Positions 11,584 to 23,040 of a stretch of 64,000 bases of DNA are shown in pieces. How positions within the stretch are numbered: the first letter of the stretch is position 1; each line of letters begins with the position of its first letter. A program made the translations under genes and the position numbers. Origin of the DNA: Epithemia pelagica (Eukaryota; Protista; Bacillariophyta); assembly GCA_946965045.2 (NCBI GenBank), contig OX337228.1:4774001-4838000 (forward strand), read 5' to 3'. The notes beneath the pieces were generated by a model. The model saw only the letters and a list, made by a program, of their open reading frames with translations. It had not been told where the DNA came from and searched no databases.

Positions 11584-12645
11584 TTAGGCTTGAAGGGCGG
11601 AGGCATGAGATGCTTGATGCTGTGACGACGTGGGGCCCCATCCCTCGAGTGCTGCATTAGAAGAAGAGAGGTTGTTGTAGGGCTGAGAGACGCATAGGGA
11701 TTGCGGTGGCGGTGGCGGTGATGCCGCGGTCGATGCCATCCATCGAGAGGCAAACGGTAGGGATGGCAAAATTGGGGCAAAGAGAGAATTGCAAATACCC
11801 ATGTCACTGTTGGTCGAACACGAGGATGAAAGAAAGGAATGATGATGAGGAGGAGGAGAATGTTGTGCCCGTTTGGAGGGTGGACCGCATGTGAGAGACA
11901 CAAAGTCTTGGCATTCTTCGAGTGACGGAGTCAATACGACCAAGGACTGATTGCCAGAATGAGTGGCACTGGGCATGTCCTGTTGTCGTCGTTGTCGTCG
12001 TCGAGGCGGTGAAGTCAGAGTTGGTTGCTGCTCGTGGTGGTGGTGATGATGTCGTCGTTGCCGTTCTTCCAACACAAATTCTCGTGCCGTAGCCTTGGTC
12101 AAATGCATCTCAATGGTTTCGGCTTGTTCCGATGGTGTAAATTTCATGGTCCGAGGTCCTCCTCGTTGTGGACGATGGACCGTGTTCCAACAACGACGAA
12201 CATGGTGGTCGTCCGTGTGTGCCTCATTGTTGTTGTTGGTCGAACGATGGCACCGAAAAATGTCTTGCGTACGATCCTGAGCGTTGGACAATGGTGGTGG
12301 TGACTGCCTGGAAGAGAGAAAGGCCAACACATTTCTTCGTGTGGATCCGACCCTATCGGTTCGACCACTTTCCTGAAAACTTGGGTGATGCCGACTGCTG
12401 CGGTAGTTATTGGTACTGCTAGCATTGTTGCCCTCATTGTCCATTGGTGGTTGCCTGGGAAGCATTGTCATTTGAAGGCTTCGTACCGAACGAACCGAAG
12501 CTGGTGATGTATGAGATACCCATGTCTCTAGACTGCTACTGTTGGTGGAAAACGAAGAAGAGGACGAGGAGCAAGAGGAGGACGAGGATGATAGGGTCGA
12601 CAAGGGCACTTGTTGTTGGTGGTGCGCATGTTCTTTGGTCTTCAT
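11584..12645 (-). CDS. Hypothetical low-complexity protein
   Basis: ~350-codon ORF (ATG 12645) rich in S/H/R/P runs; no recognisable domain. Confidence 0.4.
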   Translation of the reverse strand: MKTKEHAHHQQQVPLSTLSSSSSSCSSSSSSFSTNSSSLETWVSHTSPASVRSVRSLQMTMLPRQPPMDNEGNNASSTNNYRSSRHHPSFQESGRTDRVGSTRRNVLAFLSSRQSPPPLSNAQDRTQDIFRCHRSTNNNNEAHTDDHHVRRCWNTVHRPQRGGPRTMKFTPSEQAETIEMHLTKATAREFVLEERQRRHHHHHHEQQPTLTSPPRRRQRRQQDMPSATHSGNQSLVVLTPSLEECQDFVSLTCGPPSKRAQHSPPPHHHSFLSSSCSTNSDMGICNSLFAPILPSLPFASRWMASTAASPPPPPQSLCVSQPYNNLSSSNAALEGWGPTSSQHQASHASALQA

Positions 12646-13286
12646 GATAATCCTGAATTTCAAAAATCAATCAAATAATGAATGGATGAATGAATGAGAC
12701 GAGTTATCTGTCCAACAGAAAAATGAAAGTTCGGGGGACTCTCTGAGATACAATCGCATAATTGGTCATGCCGACCAAAATTACATCGCCCATCCACGAA
12801 TTCATTCATTGTTATTTTATTGTCGACATTCGTGACAGATACAGGGTACAACCATCTCCATTGGATGGCCAAAACAAATGACTCTTGTGAACGCTCATAT
12901 CAAACCAACCAAAAACGAATGCGCCAAGGACTGCACAAAAACGGGATAGGCGGTCGCTTTGGCGAGAGACCAACAACAGATGCACAAGGAAGGTGATTTT
13001 GAGACTGGCCGTTCGTTCTCTCGCCTTCCGAGGAGGTCTGGGACCGTGGACGGAACAACAACAAGAAGGGAGAGAGTCAGCGTTCTTGTTGAATGTCTGT
13101 GGGTCTTGTTGTTCATATCCCGGCAGAGGGTCGCCCGGCGTTCATGGAAGTTCCGACTTCCGGGATTAGAAAACATCGTGAGTCGCATAATTTCTTGCTA
13201 TTCGACACGGACTGTCTGTGAGAATAACAAGCCTCTAGCTTAGAGCCGCAACATTCTTCTCTCAATCATGTTTCGTTTGGACGACC

Positions 13287-14905
13287 ATGGCGGACTTGAA
13301 AGAGTTGCTGGAATCGGACGTACCAATCGAAACAAACAATCATCATGACCAACGGGGCATTTCAAGCGTATTAGAGATTGCACGTGGCGTCTGTGAAGGT
13401 GGTTGTGAAGAAGGGCAGATCGTTTTGCTGGGAACAGGACAAGTCATTGATGTCACAAAGCACGTGCGGGATGATCCAAGTACTAGTGGGAGCTTGTTGG
13501 ACGAGAACGTGGATGCAGGCACACAGAATCAAGATTCAGTGGCAGATACATACACAAGATCCTTCTCCTCCTTTTCCATTGCCCTTCTGCTAGCAGGCTT
13601 GATGATTCTGGCCTTCTTGGCAGTGTTCTTTTATTCACATCAATCTCGTTTGGCAAAGAAAAAGGCATTGGAGGAGCGTCCCACTGCATCCTTGCAACCC
13701 GATTCGGTCGACAGCGGATTGTCTAACAATAACAAAAATGAAGCAATATCGATGCAACCCGATGTGGTTCACAGTGGACAAGTACCGTTCCAACCACCGT
13801 CCCCAACAACCCACCAATCCGGAATGGAGGTCACCTGTTCTACATCTTCTGCCTTGTCCGCTTCACTGAATGCACGGTCGGAAACCGATTTACGACAGTA
13901 CGGCGCACAGGTTGCCAATAATATGCAGGTCGTCATGTCCGAATTTGAAGCAACCATGAAGACTCATGGATACAACCTGAGTCGATCCGAGGCCCTTTCG
14001 GTGGTCAGCCAGCAACTCGTGTCCTTGGAAAACAATCGATTGGCCAAGGAACAAGAAGCAAGACAGTACATGTATGACAGTCAGCAGCGAACTGTGGACC
14101 GTTCCATGGCGGAACGTCGCCATTCCGAAGCTATTCTGTCGAGCGACCAAGACAAGGAATGGCTCCAAAAATTGCAACGGGCCCGTGATAGTTGTATAGC
14201 ATCGATTCTTCCATCGATTCAAACCAGTTTTGCAGCTGTGGGGGTGTGCTGGCTCTGTCTGCTTTTTTACGTATTCGTGTATCGAGAATCCATCTCAGTC
14301 ACAACGGTCGTCCAAAGCATTGTAGAAATGGTACGTGCACCAGTCGTGATTCTTCACTTGAGGAATTTTGCCACTGTTCTCACCCTTCTTGTTTCCTCTT
14401 TCTGTAGATGAACCAACACGTTCAACTGTGGAATCAGCAGACAAGCCTTTCGCCAGACTCCAGTCTTGTTGTTGTCTGGATCCTAAATCCGATGGCAAGT
14501 GTTCTTTCGGGGATATGGGGCGTTTTATTGGTGCCTCTTTGTTTCGCATTTCTCTATCTTGTGGTCAATTTGTTATTGCCCACTGTGATAGTGGAATTCT
14601 TGAAATCGATTGCGATCCTGTGGCTTTTGGTCAGTCTGCTGTCCACCATTGTTCCTTGCAAAACTCTGTGTCTTGTTCAATTCACGTTCTGGGCGGTGGC
14701 CCAAATCGGTGTTCGTGCCTTTTATTATCGAGCATTGTCGGCACTCCAGAAACTGGACCCTTGTCCAACCAACAAGGAACTAGTGCCATACATATCGCTA
14801 TTCGACAGCATCACAAATTCCATGGTATTTGTTTCCTTCTTGTTGAACGGTTTTGTATTCGTGTTTTCAAATGAGATGGAACTTTTATCGTTACGAGCTA
14901 CGTAG
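13287..14905 (+). CDS. Uncharacterised multi-pass membrane protein; exons 13287-14330 and 14408-14905
   Basis: Two ORFs joined in frame by phase-0 intron GTACGT..CTGTAG 14331-14407; one N-proximal TM, a coiled coil, several C-terminal TM segments. Confidence 0.7.
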
Positions 14906-14982
14906 CCTTATAAGAATGTTTCGATACTGGGGTACTAATATTCTAAATTTTTGTTTCATTTACGAGTCCTCTAGGGACGTAA

Positions 14983-17625
14983 CTACAATGAATCCAGGTC
15001 GATATCCTCGCCGAAACTTCCCATGTCAAAGTCACCCATGTTGAGGCCATCCAGATCGAAATCCGGTTCCGGAGGCTCGTCCTCCTCCACAGGTGGGTCA
15101 ATTTCGGGTTCCAAAGCAAGCGAATCCAATGCAAATTGTTTTTGAAGAACCGTTGTCAGCCGCTTGTTGTGTGCGACAGGGTCACTAATGGGGTATCCTC
15201 CATTCAACATGGCCATATCATGCAAGATCCAGGCAGAGTCAATCGTTTCGTTGCTGGGTTCGACCGGAGTCTCGTCGTCGCCACTTTCTTCGGGAGGACT
15301 TCCTTCGAGAAGCTTGAGGACAAGGGGATGCCGGGGATTGAGCTCAAAAATCTTGAAAGACGCTCCACTTTGTTGACCTTGGTACGTTTGTGCCTTCATG
15401 ATGCGTTCCATATTGGCCGAGTTGCCGAAATCCGACGAAGCCACCACGGCCGGCATGGATCCCAAACTACGCTTGGCAACTTGAACACGAAGAACGGATC
15501 CGCCATACAAATTCTTGAGCCATTTGGTCAAGGGTTTGAACTTCTTTCGGTAGGCCTTTTCTCGTCGTTTCACCAAATCTTGATCTTCGTCCTTGAATTT
15601 CACGCCTTCGGCCGACGCATCGACAAATTTCTTGCGGTCAAAGTCACGCGCATGCTTCACCATGTACTCATCAATGGCGTCCGTCATGTAAATCACTTCC
15701 ACATCCTTTTCTCGGAAACTTTCCAGCATTGGGGATTGGCTAATATCCTCAGCGCTGGTACCACCCAAGACATAAATATCCTCTTGCCAATCCTTCATTC
15801 CTTTCACATACTCGGCCAAGGAAATCATTTTTCCGTCAGACTTGGAGGTTTGGTATCGCAAAAGTTTGAGAAGTTTGGCCCGGTTTGGTTCGTCTTGAAT
15901 AACTCCATACTTGAAATTGGTGCTAAATTTTTGGTACCATTCGAGGTATTTGTCCTCCTTCGTCGTGTCATCGACCTCCACTTCACCATCAGCCGAGACT
16001 TCTGCTTCGCTCTCTTCTTTGGCCTCTTCCGCACTTTTCTTGGCAAATTCACGAACCAGGTCAATGGCCTTGCGCGTCAACTTCTTTTTGATTACTCTCA
16101 AAATCTTGCTTTCCTGCAATGTTTCCCGATTGACATTGAGTGGAAGTTCGTCGGAATCGACAATACCCCGGACAAAGCCCAGGTACGAGGGCAAGAGATC
16201 AAATTCATCCCCAATCATGACACGGCGTACATAAAGACGGAGCGTTCCCTTGGTCAACTCCATGCTGCCCGTTTCTAAAGATGGCGGTCGTTCCGTGGGA
16301 AGGTACAAGATGGATTTGAAGTTGACATTTCCTTCGGCATTAAAATGAGACCATGAAGTGGCATTCTCGTTGTCGCCGTCGTTGAGGAGATGAAAGAATC
16401 CCTGGTACTCGTCATCCGTGATGGTATCTTTGTCACGAGTCCAAATGGCCTTGTTGTTATTGAGAGTCTCCCATGAGTAGGTTGTCACCTCCTTCATCTT
16501 GGGTGGCTTGACTTCGGCTTCATCCTCAACCTCGAGGTCATCTTCCGTTTTCTCTTCTTCGTCAGTGGTATCCTTCTTGTCGTCATCCAAATCTTCGACA
16601 TCCTCCGTCGTGCTGTCCTCTTTTGACGCATCGACTTGTTCTTCTTCGTCGTCGTCCACTTCGACCTCCATGGTGGATGTGGTCCGTAGGCGGATTGGGT
16701 GAGTGACAAACTCGGAGTAATGCGTCGCCAAGGACCGGAGGTTTTGTGGATCGAGATAACTCTTGGCATCGTCTCGGAGATGCAAGGTAATTTCCGTTCC
16801 TCGTGTCATGGTATCACCTCGTGGATCGACATAGACGGAAAAGTCGGACGCCCCATTGACCGATTCCCAAATATATTGTCGTGGACTGGTCGGGTGCTTG
16901 GAGGCGACCGTGACCTTGTCCGAAACGAGAAAACTACTGTAAAAGCCGACACCAAATTGACCAATCTGATCGACGGTTGCATCTTTGTTGCCAGATTCCT
17001 TCAAGGCTTCAATAAACTTGGTAGTTCCACTGCGTGCGACTGTGCCCAAGTTTTCCACCATTTGTTCCTTGGTCATACCAATCCCAGTATCACGAACGGT
17101 CAGGGTTTTGTTTTCTTGATCGTATTCAATGGCAATCTCCATGGTATCTTCGTCGGTCGTCGCCTTGTACGTGTCAGGCTCGGTCAAGGACAAGTATCGA
17201 AACTTGTCCAAGGCATCGGCCGAGTTGGAAATGAGTTCTCGCAAGAAGACATCCTTGTTTTGATACAAGGAATTGACCACAATATCCAACATGCGATTCA
17301 CTTCGGCTTCAAAGGCAAAGGTCTCGGCTCCTTCCGGAGGCGTGTATTCTGGCACGACGGGAGGGGTCGTTTCAATCGATACGTCGTCCTCATCCAAATC
17401 AACGTCGTCAGAGGCTGTAACAAGCCAAACCTTGGCTGTGGATACAAGAAGCAAAAAGGGACAAGACGGTGATGAGATGAATGTCTGGGGATGGAAAAGA
17501 CACTGTAATGACCGTGTCGAACGAAACACTCCATGTAAAAGGTCGAAAAATCATGAGACTGTACACATACCGTTGAACAAAACCAACGACAATGCCTGAA
17601 GGCTTAACAAATGAAGGACTTTCAT
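14983..17625 (-). CDS. HSP90B1: ER Hsp90 (GRP94/endoplasmin); exons 17625-17571 and 17435-14983
   Basis: FAFEAEVNRMLDIVVNSLY, FLRELISNSADALDK, IGQFGVGFYS, LPLNVNRETLQ. Intron GTATGT..CACAG 17570-17436 restores the signal peptide MKVLHLLSLQALSLVLFNAKVWLVTA. Confidence 0.95.
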
Positions 17626-18159
17626 GGTTTCCTTCTTCTTTATTCAGCAACAACAACAAGAACCAAGAGGATCTTTTGAATCAATTCAACACAATGACTC
17701 GAGTGACGGAGTGCACCACTTTGTTGAGAAGCATCATGTATCAACGAGACCAAAAGATTCGAAAGGAAAGAGTAGCGACAAATCAATTCTCAGCGCTCTT
17801 ATGTGTCATTCACACACAATCATATAAGAGTCATAAGTAGTTACTGCTTAGGAGTTCATTTCTGCCACGCGGCAAAAAAGTGATCCCGCACTACGGGATT
17901 ACTCCTAGCTAGGAGTAGGTATCCGTAATCTATTCATATCGCCGTACTTCTAGCTACTAGGTACTCCTATGTGTTATCGGCTACGCAAAGTCTTGCTCCC
18001 TATTAATGACAATGGACCTGTAAAACAATCGTTTTAAAACTTGAGTATGAATTATTTTACATGCAACTAGCAATGGTGCAAGGAGAGCGGTCGCTCGCCT
18101 CGTCTTGGCGTATAGAGGTATATATATATGAGTCTCTAACGTAAAGCAGCAACCAAGTC

Positions 18160-21100
18160 TTAAACCACCTCTCCGCTACCCGGGGGTACGACATATCCTC
18201 GACCGCTATTCAATGCATTGGTGAGGGGATACAGTCCCATACCATGCGACAATCGTTCCAACCATCCCTCCCGGACTTCCAAACTTCCGTCCGGTCGGAC
18301 CGTCGGTCTCTGATACCGACGAATCAACAAACTACTCGTCACCACGCTCACGGACGAACAAGCCATCATAAAACCAGCCAGGGCAGGCGGTAAATGAAAG
18401 TCAGTCAAGGGATAAAACAAACCTGCCGCAAAGGGAACGGAAATGACATTGTAGCACAAAGCCAACGCAAAATTCAAGACAATTCGGCGATAAACGACCG
18501 AAGAAAGATGAAAGGCCACCACCACATCGTGCAAGTTGGACCGCACCAAGACGACATCGGCTGCTTCCAATGCAATTTCCGTTCCGGCACCAATGGCAAT
18601 TCCAATATCCGCACGGGCCAATGCAATCGAATCATTGACACCATCGGCAACCATTGCCACGTTTCCTCGAATGTTCCGATTACTGGTAGCCTTGCTGTGC
18701 GCCGGTACGACCGATCCTGTAGCCTTTTGTAATCTGGTCACAAGGTCTGCCTTTCCTTCCGGTTGAACACCGGCACAGACATTGTAATCGGGAATGCCAA
18801 TGGACCGGGCAACCGCTAACGCCGTCACGAGGTCATCGCCGGTACACATCCAAACATCAATCCCATGTTTCTGAAGTGCTGCTACGGTTGAGGGAGCTTC
18901 TGGTTTCATGGGATCTACAATCCCGAATACGCCAATGACTCGTCGCTTTGGAGCTCCTTCGTCCTGTACACTCAAATAGATTGCAACCTTGCCTTGTTGC
19001 CGCAGCGAATCCGCTTCAATGTCTCCGGTACAATCGGCATCGACCGCATCCTCCTCCATGGGTTCCTTGCTCCAGTCACTGTTTCCGACACGGATAATAC
19101 GGCGACCCCATCCAGGCTTGGACACACTGCATTCAACACCACGGCCGGGTTGGACACAAAAGTCGTCCACATGCACACCCTCCTTGGCGCCCGTCAAATC
19201 TCCCTCCTCATTTCCATTCAACCAGGCTTCTCTCGCGGCTTTGACAATCGCTTGTGCCAGTGGATGCTCGCTTTGCGCCTCCGCACAAGCAGCCAACCAC
19301 AAGGCCACCTTGTCCTTGGGGATAGAAGATGGAAGATTCATTTTAAGTGGGTCGTCTCTCGCCAAGTATTCGATCCGATCGCTCAGTTCGGCCTTGCCAC
19401 ACGTTAAGGTACCAGTCTTATCGAAAATCACAGTATCAACCGAGTGCAAAAATTCCAACACCTGACCGCCTTTGATCAAGATGCCTTGAGTGGCACCGAC
19501 ACCTGTTCCCACCATTACTGCGGTTGGTGTCGCAAGCCCCAGGGCACATGGACAGGCAACCACAATCACCGCAATAGACGACATGAGAGACGTAGCAATT
19601 CTACCAGAGATTGTCAAGCTATCTCCAAACAGCATCCAAGCCACAAATGTGATGATGGCAACTCCCACCACTGCCGGAACAAAAACAGATGCAAGTCGGT
19701 CCGCGTACGCTTGGATTGGGGCCTTGTGTCTTTGAGCCTCTTCGACCAACCGAACAATTTTGGACAAGAAGGTGTCACTCCCAGACGCCGTTACACGAAC
19801 AACCAATACAGAGAAATGATTCACAGTGCTTCCGTGCACAATGTCCCCAATCTTTTTTGCAACAGGAAACGGCTCTCCTGAAAATGCCGATTCATCAATA
19901 TAGGCCTCTTGTACCTCGGAGCCACCCGACGATTTGGAGGAAATTGCCACGAGGACTCCGTCAGCTGGAATGGAACCACCGGGCAAGACCCGAACGTAAT
20001 CACCAGGCTGTATATCTGAAATGAGAACTTCTTCCGTAGTCAAGGCCGAAATGTCCAGACGTTTGCCAGACTCTTCATCACCAGCAAACCCAATCACACG
20101 AGATTTCAAAGCGGCGATATCCAAATCCTTATCCGATGCTTCATCTCCAGCAAAACCAATGACACGAGACGCACAGGTAGGTTGTAGTTCCATAAGTTTG
20201 TGAACCGCGTCAGCAGTTTTGCCGCGAGCGTACGATTCGAGATATTTGCCCAACGTGACAAATGTCAGAAGCATGGCTCCGGCCATGAAACTTGGTTTCG
20301 TTTCGGTAAGCTTTCCCGTCCAGAGTTCTGCGATGAATAAAATAATACTGTACACATAGCTTGCCGTGGTGCCAAGTACAACCAAAAAGTCCATGCCCAA
20401 CACCCTTCCCTTCGTCCATCCTTTCCACGCAGCAATGTAATACCTTTTTCCAACAACAGTCTGGACGATTGAAGACAAAATAAAATTGATCCACATATTT
20501 CCACTCGGAACGAGTGACGGAGCGATCTGAACAAGCCCGGTCGATAGAATAACCACCGGAATGGTCAGCGAAGAGCTAAATACGAGAAGCCCCAACCAGT
20601 AGGATTCTTCCTCTTGTCGGGCCTCTTCCAACTGTTGAGCATCTTTCCTCAGATCGTTCGTTTGCTCCACAATTTGGCCCGTGTATCCTGCTTTTTGGAC
20701 GGACTCGCAACAGGCAATTGCAGTTTTGTCTCGATGTGCGCCTGGCGTAAGCTCCACGAGAGCCCGTTGGGTCGACAATATCACGGTTGCGTCCACAACA
20801 CCCGGGGTTTCCCTCAGACAACTCTCCACACGACCAGTGCATACCGCACAAGACATGCCTCCAATACTGAGGACCACTGTTTTGTCAATCTTCGTTTCAT
20901 CGATTCCCATCACGTTCATCTCGTCCAACAGGGATGCCGAGAGAGAATCTGAGGGCGGATCATTCAGACTAGAGGACTGGCTCGAGAGGCCTTCATTCTC
21001 TTCAAGGAACGACTGAATATCAGGAATCACAGAGACATCAAAACCCACATTTTCCACAGCTTCGATCAACTGTGGGAGCATTTCACCTACGTTCCGGCCT

Positions 21101-21456
21101 TGATCCAACGCTACAATGGCTCTTGACTCGGTAAAGATGGCAGTGGCATCATAAACTCCCGGTACACCCTTTAACGCATTTGCAACAGTGGTACCACAAT
21201 TCTTTTGACACATCATTCCTGTTACTTTCAAATGAACTGCAGGACGGGCATCGAACCCTATCGATTCCACAACGTCGATTGCAGTTTGGTAGTCATCCTG
21301 CATGGATGACGTTCGGACCCACGCCGTTTTGCTCGCAAAGTCTGCCTTCGCTTCCATGACCCCCTTCATATTTCTCGAAAGAGCGTTTTCCACGGTGGAA
21401 CCGCAATTCCGTTGGCACATCATCCCATCGACTGATAAATGGATCGTTCGAATCAT
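18160..21456 (-). CDS. P1B-type copper-transporting ATPase (ATP7/RAN1-like) with three N-terminal HMA domains
   Basis: HMA motifs GMMCQRNC, GMMCQKNC, GMSCAVC; SGEP, CPC, DKTGT, SEHPL, YN, and MxxSS motifs of the Cu(I) P1B-1 type. The 5' end could have an extra exon. Confidence 0.92.
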   Translation of the reverse strand: MIRTIHLSVDGMMCQRNCGSTVENALSRNMKGVMEAKADFASKTAWVRTSSMQDDYQTAIDVVESIGFDARPAVHLKVTGMMCQKNCGTTVANALKGVPGVYDATAIFTESRAIVALDQGRNVGEMLPQLIEAVENVGFDVSVIPDIQSFLEENEGLSSQSSSLNDPPSDSLSASLLDEMNVMGIDETKIDKTVVLSIGGMSCAVCTGRVESCLRETPGVVDATVILSTQRALVELTPGAHRDKTAIACCESVQKAGYTGQIVEQTNDLRKDAQQLEEARQEEESYWLGLLVFSSSLTIPVVILSTGLVQIAPSLVPSGNMWINFILSSIVQTVVGKRYYIAAWKGWTKGRVLGMDFLVVLGTTASYVYSIILFIAELWTGKLTETKPSFMAGAMLLTFVTLGKYLESYARGKTADAVHKLMELQPTCASRVIGFAGDEASDKDLDIAALKSRVIGFAGDEESGKRLDISALTTEEVLISDIQPGDYVRVLPGGSIPADGVLVAISSKSSGGSEVQEAYIDESAFSGEPFPVAKKIGDIVHGSTVNHFSVLVVRVTASGSDTFLSKIVRLVEEAQRHKAPIQAYADRLASVFVPAVVGVAIITFVAWMLFGDSLTISGRIATSLMSSIAVIVVACPCALGLATPTAVMVGTGVGATQGILIKGGQVLEFLHSVDTVIFDKTGTLTCGKAELSDRIEYLARDDPLKMNLPSSIPKDKVALWLAACAEAQSEHPLAQAIVKAAREAWLNGNEEGDLTGAKEGVHVDDFCVQPGRGVECSVSKPGWGRRIIRVGNSDWSKEPMEEDAVDADCTGDIEADSLRQQGKVAIYLSVQDEGAPKRRVIGVFGIVDPMKPEAPSTVAALQKHGIDVWMCTGDDLVTALAVARSIGIPDYNVCAGVQPEGKADLVTRLQKATGSVVPAHSKATSNRNIRGNVAMVADGVNDSIALARADIGIAIGAGTEIALEAADVVLVRSNLHDVVVAFHLSSVVYRRIVLNFALALCYNVISVPFAAGLFYPLTDFHLPPALAGFMMACSSVSVVTSSLLIRRYQRPTVRPDGSLEVREGWLERLSHGMGLYPLTNALNSGRGYVVPPGSGEVV
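20038..20169 (-). repeat. Diverged tandem duplication of 66 nt (22 aa) inside the Cu-ATPase
   Basis: SRVIGFAGDEASDKDLDIAALK followed by SRVIGFAGDEESGKRLDISALT; units 20104-20169 and 20038-20103. Confidence 0.9.
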
Positions 21457-22059
21457 TTTGAAGTATTCTTCCACACACTCGCCACGTAAATGGCCTCAAT
21501 GAGAATGCACATACACTAGGTAGGTCGATCTGTTATTTTGTTTTCCTCCAACCCAGTGACTTTCTTTATGAAACTTCTTTCAAGTTGCTAAATGGATGTA
21601 CGCAATGGCTTGGAATAACAAATCGAATGAGTTCTCAAATGCTCAGGCAAAGCAACGTCGCGAACACCTTTCGTGAGTGAGAGGCTGTCATCTCGTCATG
21701 CAGACTGCACACCGGACAGCAACCCAAGCAGGTTTTCCTGTTTCCTGTTGGTTACTTTTTTGTTCTTCGAAGCTCAATCAAGAAGCTTTTCCGCGATTAA
21801 ATCTTCCGACACAAAAAAAATCGAGTAGCTATCATGACTACCTATGGATATACTAGAGGAGAAGGCAGTAAATCTTCGAGCTAATAATTGATATGCACGA
21901 CTGTTGCCACAGCCAGAACTCTTGAAAAGAATACTCCCAAATGTGCTACCAACATTGCCTCCGCAACATTTGTCGAAAGATACTGTTCATGAAATGCACG
22001 AGTATGTGGAAGCACTTCTCTTCCGATAAACGCTGTCCCCTCGCAACGAGCGAGTCTTT

Positions 22060-22712
22060 CTAAGCTTCCTCGCACCACTTGTTTTCCTCTCGTACCTGCG
22101 CTTCTTCTTCAGGCGAGAAATCGTTGGTAATGTTGAATGTAGCTCGAATGTCTTCTGGAGACTTGCCCTTAATCATGCTCGCAGTAGTAGCGCATGTCAA
22201 ATCCAGTAGCGGCTTGATATCCATGTAATTGGCGGCCAAAATCAATTCAAACAACAGAACTTGCTCCAGGTTGACAAAATCGGCATACCATTTTTGAACA
22301 ACATCGCCCATAATTTGAGATTTCAGCGGCTTTTCAATTTCCGTCATGGGTTCTTCCAAAAAATGTTGGCAAAATTCAATGACCTTCCCGAGCACTTCAG
22401 ATTTGACATTCGGGAGGGGAATTTCCATACTTCCACCGTCCTCATCCGCGTCCTCTGTTGGATAAAAAGGCGAGGAGAAGAGTTAATAAAAGCACCAGGC
22501 TCATGAACAACGAATCTGAAATTACCTACCATCCATCATGCTCTTCACCAGTTCCGACATTTTTGCAACTTTGAGGGGAACTGAGAAGGTCTTGCCATCT
22601 TTGCTGATCTATACAAGGAACATGATCTGAGAAATTAGATTCCAACTCCGCATGATACCATAGGGATATTCATACTCACCAAGTTTACGGTGGTCTCTTC
22701 GACAGCGTCCAT
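22060..22712 (-). CDS. SKP1: SKP1 (SCF adaptor); exons 22712-22680, 22608-22530, 22454-22060 (168 aa)
   Basis: IPLPNVKSEVLGKVIEFC, LFELILAANYMDIKPLLDLTC, IRATFNITNDFSPEEEAQVREENKW; two GT-AG introns keep the frame. Confidence 0.96.
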
Positions 22713-23040
22713 TGTAGATATCTTTTCTCTTGTTGTGTTTGGGCAGTATTTCGATGGCGAGGAATGTCATCTTTGCGCTGCTGTTCCGCGGGGCAAAACT
22801 TGCCCCGCAAACGTGGGAACCAACGCAGTCAGTCCCGGTCGGTCAGCTGGCACCTACGACGGGACTCGAGACTGGAGAATCAAATTGATGAGGGTGACGT
22901 CACTCAACAATGCGTTTGTTTCCGCACCATTTTCAGATACCCGTTATATTGTCTACCGAAAACTGTTCTTTCATTGCCAACTGTCAACGTCTCGACAACA
23001 AACAATAATGAAATGTGATGGACATGGCAGACACATCCGT

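Noticed and set aside
15136-17472. Long + strand ORFs (380 aa, 257 aa) opposite GRP94
   Set aside because: Antisense shadow ORFs typical of conserved chaperone genes with biased codon use; no domains.
22690-23040. N-terminal extension of the LCAT/PDAT ORF from GTG 22690
   Set aside because: Overlaps SKP1 exon 1 and the shared promoter; the true start is likely at 23008 or later.
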